DNA of 64,000 bases, from NCBI RefSeq assembly GCF_041956535.1, contig NW_027192198.1:901834-965833 (forward strand), read 5' to 3'. The translations under genes were made by a program, and so were the position numbers. This DNA comes from Calcarisporiella thermophila CBS 279.70. Its lineage: Eukaryota > Fungi > Calcarisporiellomycota. Positions 63,203-64,000 of this stretch are shown here, in pieces. The stretch's first letter is position 1. Each line of letters starts with the position of its first letter. The notes under the pieces were generated by a model, which saw only the letters and a list, made by a program, of their open reading frames with translations, had not been told where the DNA came from and did no database searches.

Positions 63203-64000
63203 ATGAAAACCCCAATCGTTTTCGCACTCACTTTGGTCAGTATCGCTACCTTGTCCACCGCTGCCCCCCTTGTTGGTCGTGGTATTGGTGACAACACCCT
63301 AAACAATGCCGATATCATTGACCATCTCTCGCTGATCAACTCGATGGTGAACTCCAACCCACAAGACAGTGAAAACCGCAATGCCAACACCAAGGCGAGC
63401 GGCCCAGGAGATAACTCGTCCATCTCTAAACAGGGTGGCGAGGGTATCTACTACAAGGGCGGTCACTGCTACGATGACGACTGCCACCACCATCATTGGC
63501 GTCGAGGATTACACAAGCGCTCCGCACGTAAGCAGCTACACAAAAATAAGGATGTAACTGCAGCTCGCATGCGTATGGTTAGCCAGATGCTGTCGCAAGA
63601 CGTTGAAGATCATGGTGCAGCTACTATCGGTAAGCGTGGTCTCTTGGATAACACCCTGAACAATGCCGATATCATTGACCACGTCGAGGCTCTCAATTCC
63701 ATGGTGAACTCCAATCCTCAAGACAGCGAGAACCGCAACGCTAACACCAAGGCGAGCGGCCCTGGCGATAACTCTGACCTTTCCAAACAGGGTGGTGAGG
63801 GTATCTACTATAAGGGAGGCCACTGCGATGGTGATGATTGCCATCACCACCACTGGCGTCGTGGTGTCTTGGATAACACCTTGAACAACGCCGACATCAT
63901 TGATCACGTGTCATTGCTCGATTCCATGGTGAACTCCAACCCTCAAAACAGCGAGAACCGCAACGCTAATACCAAAGCTAGCGGCCCTGGCGACAACTCC
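63203..64000 (+). CDS. Secreted Kex2-processed repeat protein (75-aa units), running off the window end; not in the ORF track
   Basis: Manual translation: MKTPIVFALTLVSIATLSTAAPLVGR, then units at 63281-63505, 63638-63862 and 63863-end; no stop before 64000. Confidence 0.92.
   Translation, partial: MKTPIVFALTLVSIATLSTAAPLVGRGIGDNTLNNADIIDHLSLINSMVNSNPQDSENRNANTKASGPGDNSSISKQGGEGIYYKGGHCYDDDCHHHHWRRGLHKRSARKQLHKNKDVTAARMRMVSQMLSQDVEDHGAATIGKRGLLDNTLNNADIIDHVEALNSMVNSNPQDSENRNANTKASGPGDNSDLSKQGGEGIYYKGGHCDGDDCHHHHWRRGVLDNTLNNADIIDHVSLLDSMVNSNPQNSENRNANTKASGPGDNS

Noticed and set aside
57704-64000. Dikaritin RiPP biosynthetic cluster
   Set aside because: No DUF3328/UstYa, tyrosinase or transporter gene in the window, and the repeats are long for known cores; left open pending the next window

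Overview
Eukaryotic, intron-rich scaffold window from a fungus. The lineage is probably early-diverging (Mucoromycota/Zoopagomycota-like), inferred from retention of ARL5, PTEN, METTL4, a Kv-type K+ channel, GH9 and a TKL kinase. It has two N gaps and about 25 protein genes, mostly housekeeping (MIX14, a mitochondrial carrier, an APSES factor, an arrestin, RPL2, SEC24C, ALDH6, Inn1/Fic1, METTL4, RPL42, a histidine phosphatase, PIK1, Ydc2, PTEN, ARL5, Kv, PWI/SRRM1). Composition changes from GC-rich (left ~26 kb) to AT-rich (right). Standout 1 (33-40.3 kb): three identical tRNA-Lys(CTT) genes, each with retroelements stacked at a fixed upstream position. Poly(A)-tailed non-LTR inserts, including tRNA-derived SINEs with an encoded CCA, sit 60-80 bp upstream of two genes, 5' ends facing the tRNA and separated by repeated target-site duplications; two solo LTRs sit 9-11 bp upstream of the third. 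This looks like a tRNA-gene-targeted LINE/SINE plus LTR system. Standout 2 (57.7-64 kb): a cluster of intronless secreted Kex2-processed polyproteins, two of which share an Asn-rich repeat; one of these adds a YY/Cys/His4 tail and is absent from the ORF track. Also notable: a SAP-domain TKL kinase with WNK-style lysine relocation and a secreted cystine-knot peptide. All calls were made by eye; exon boundaries come from GT-AG and frame logic, and no searches were run.
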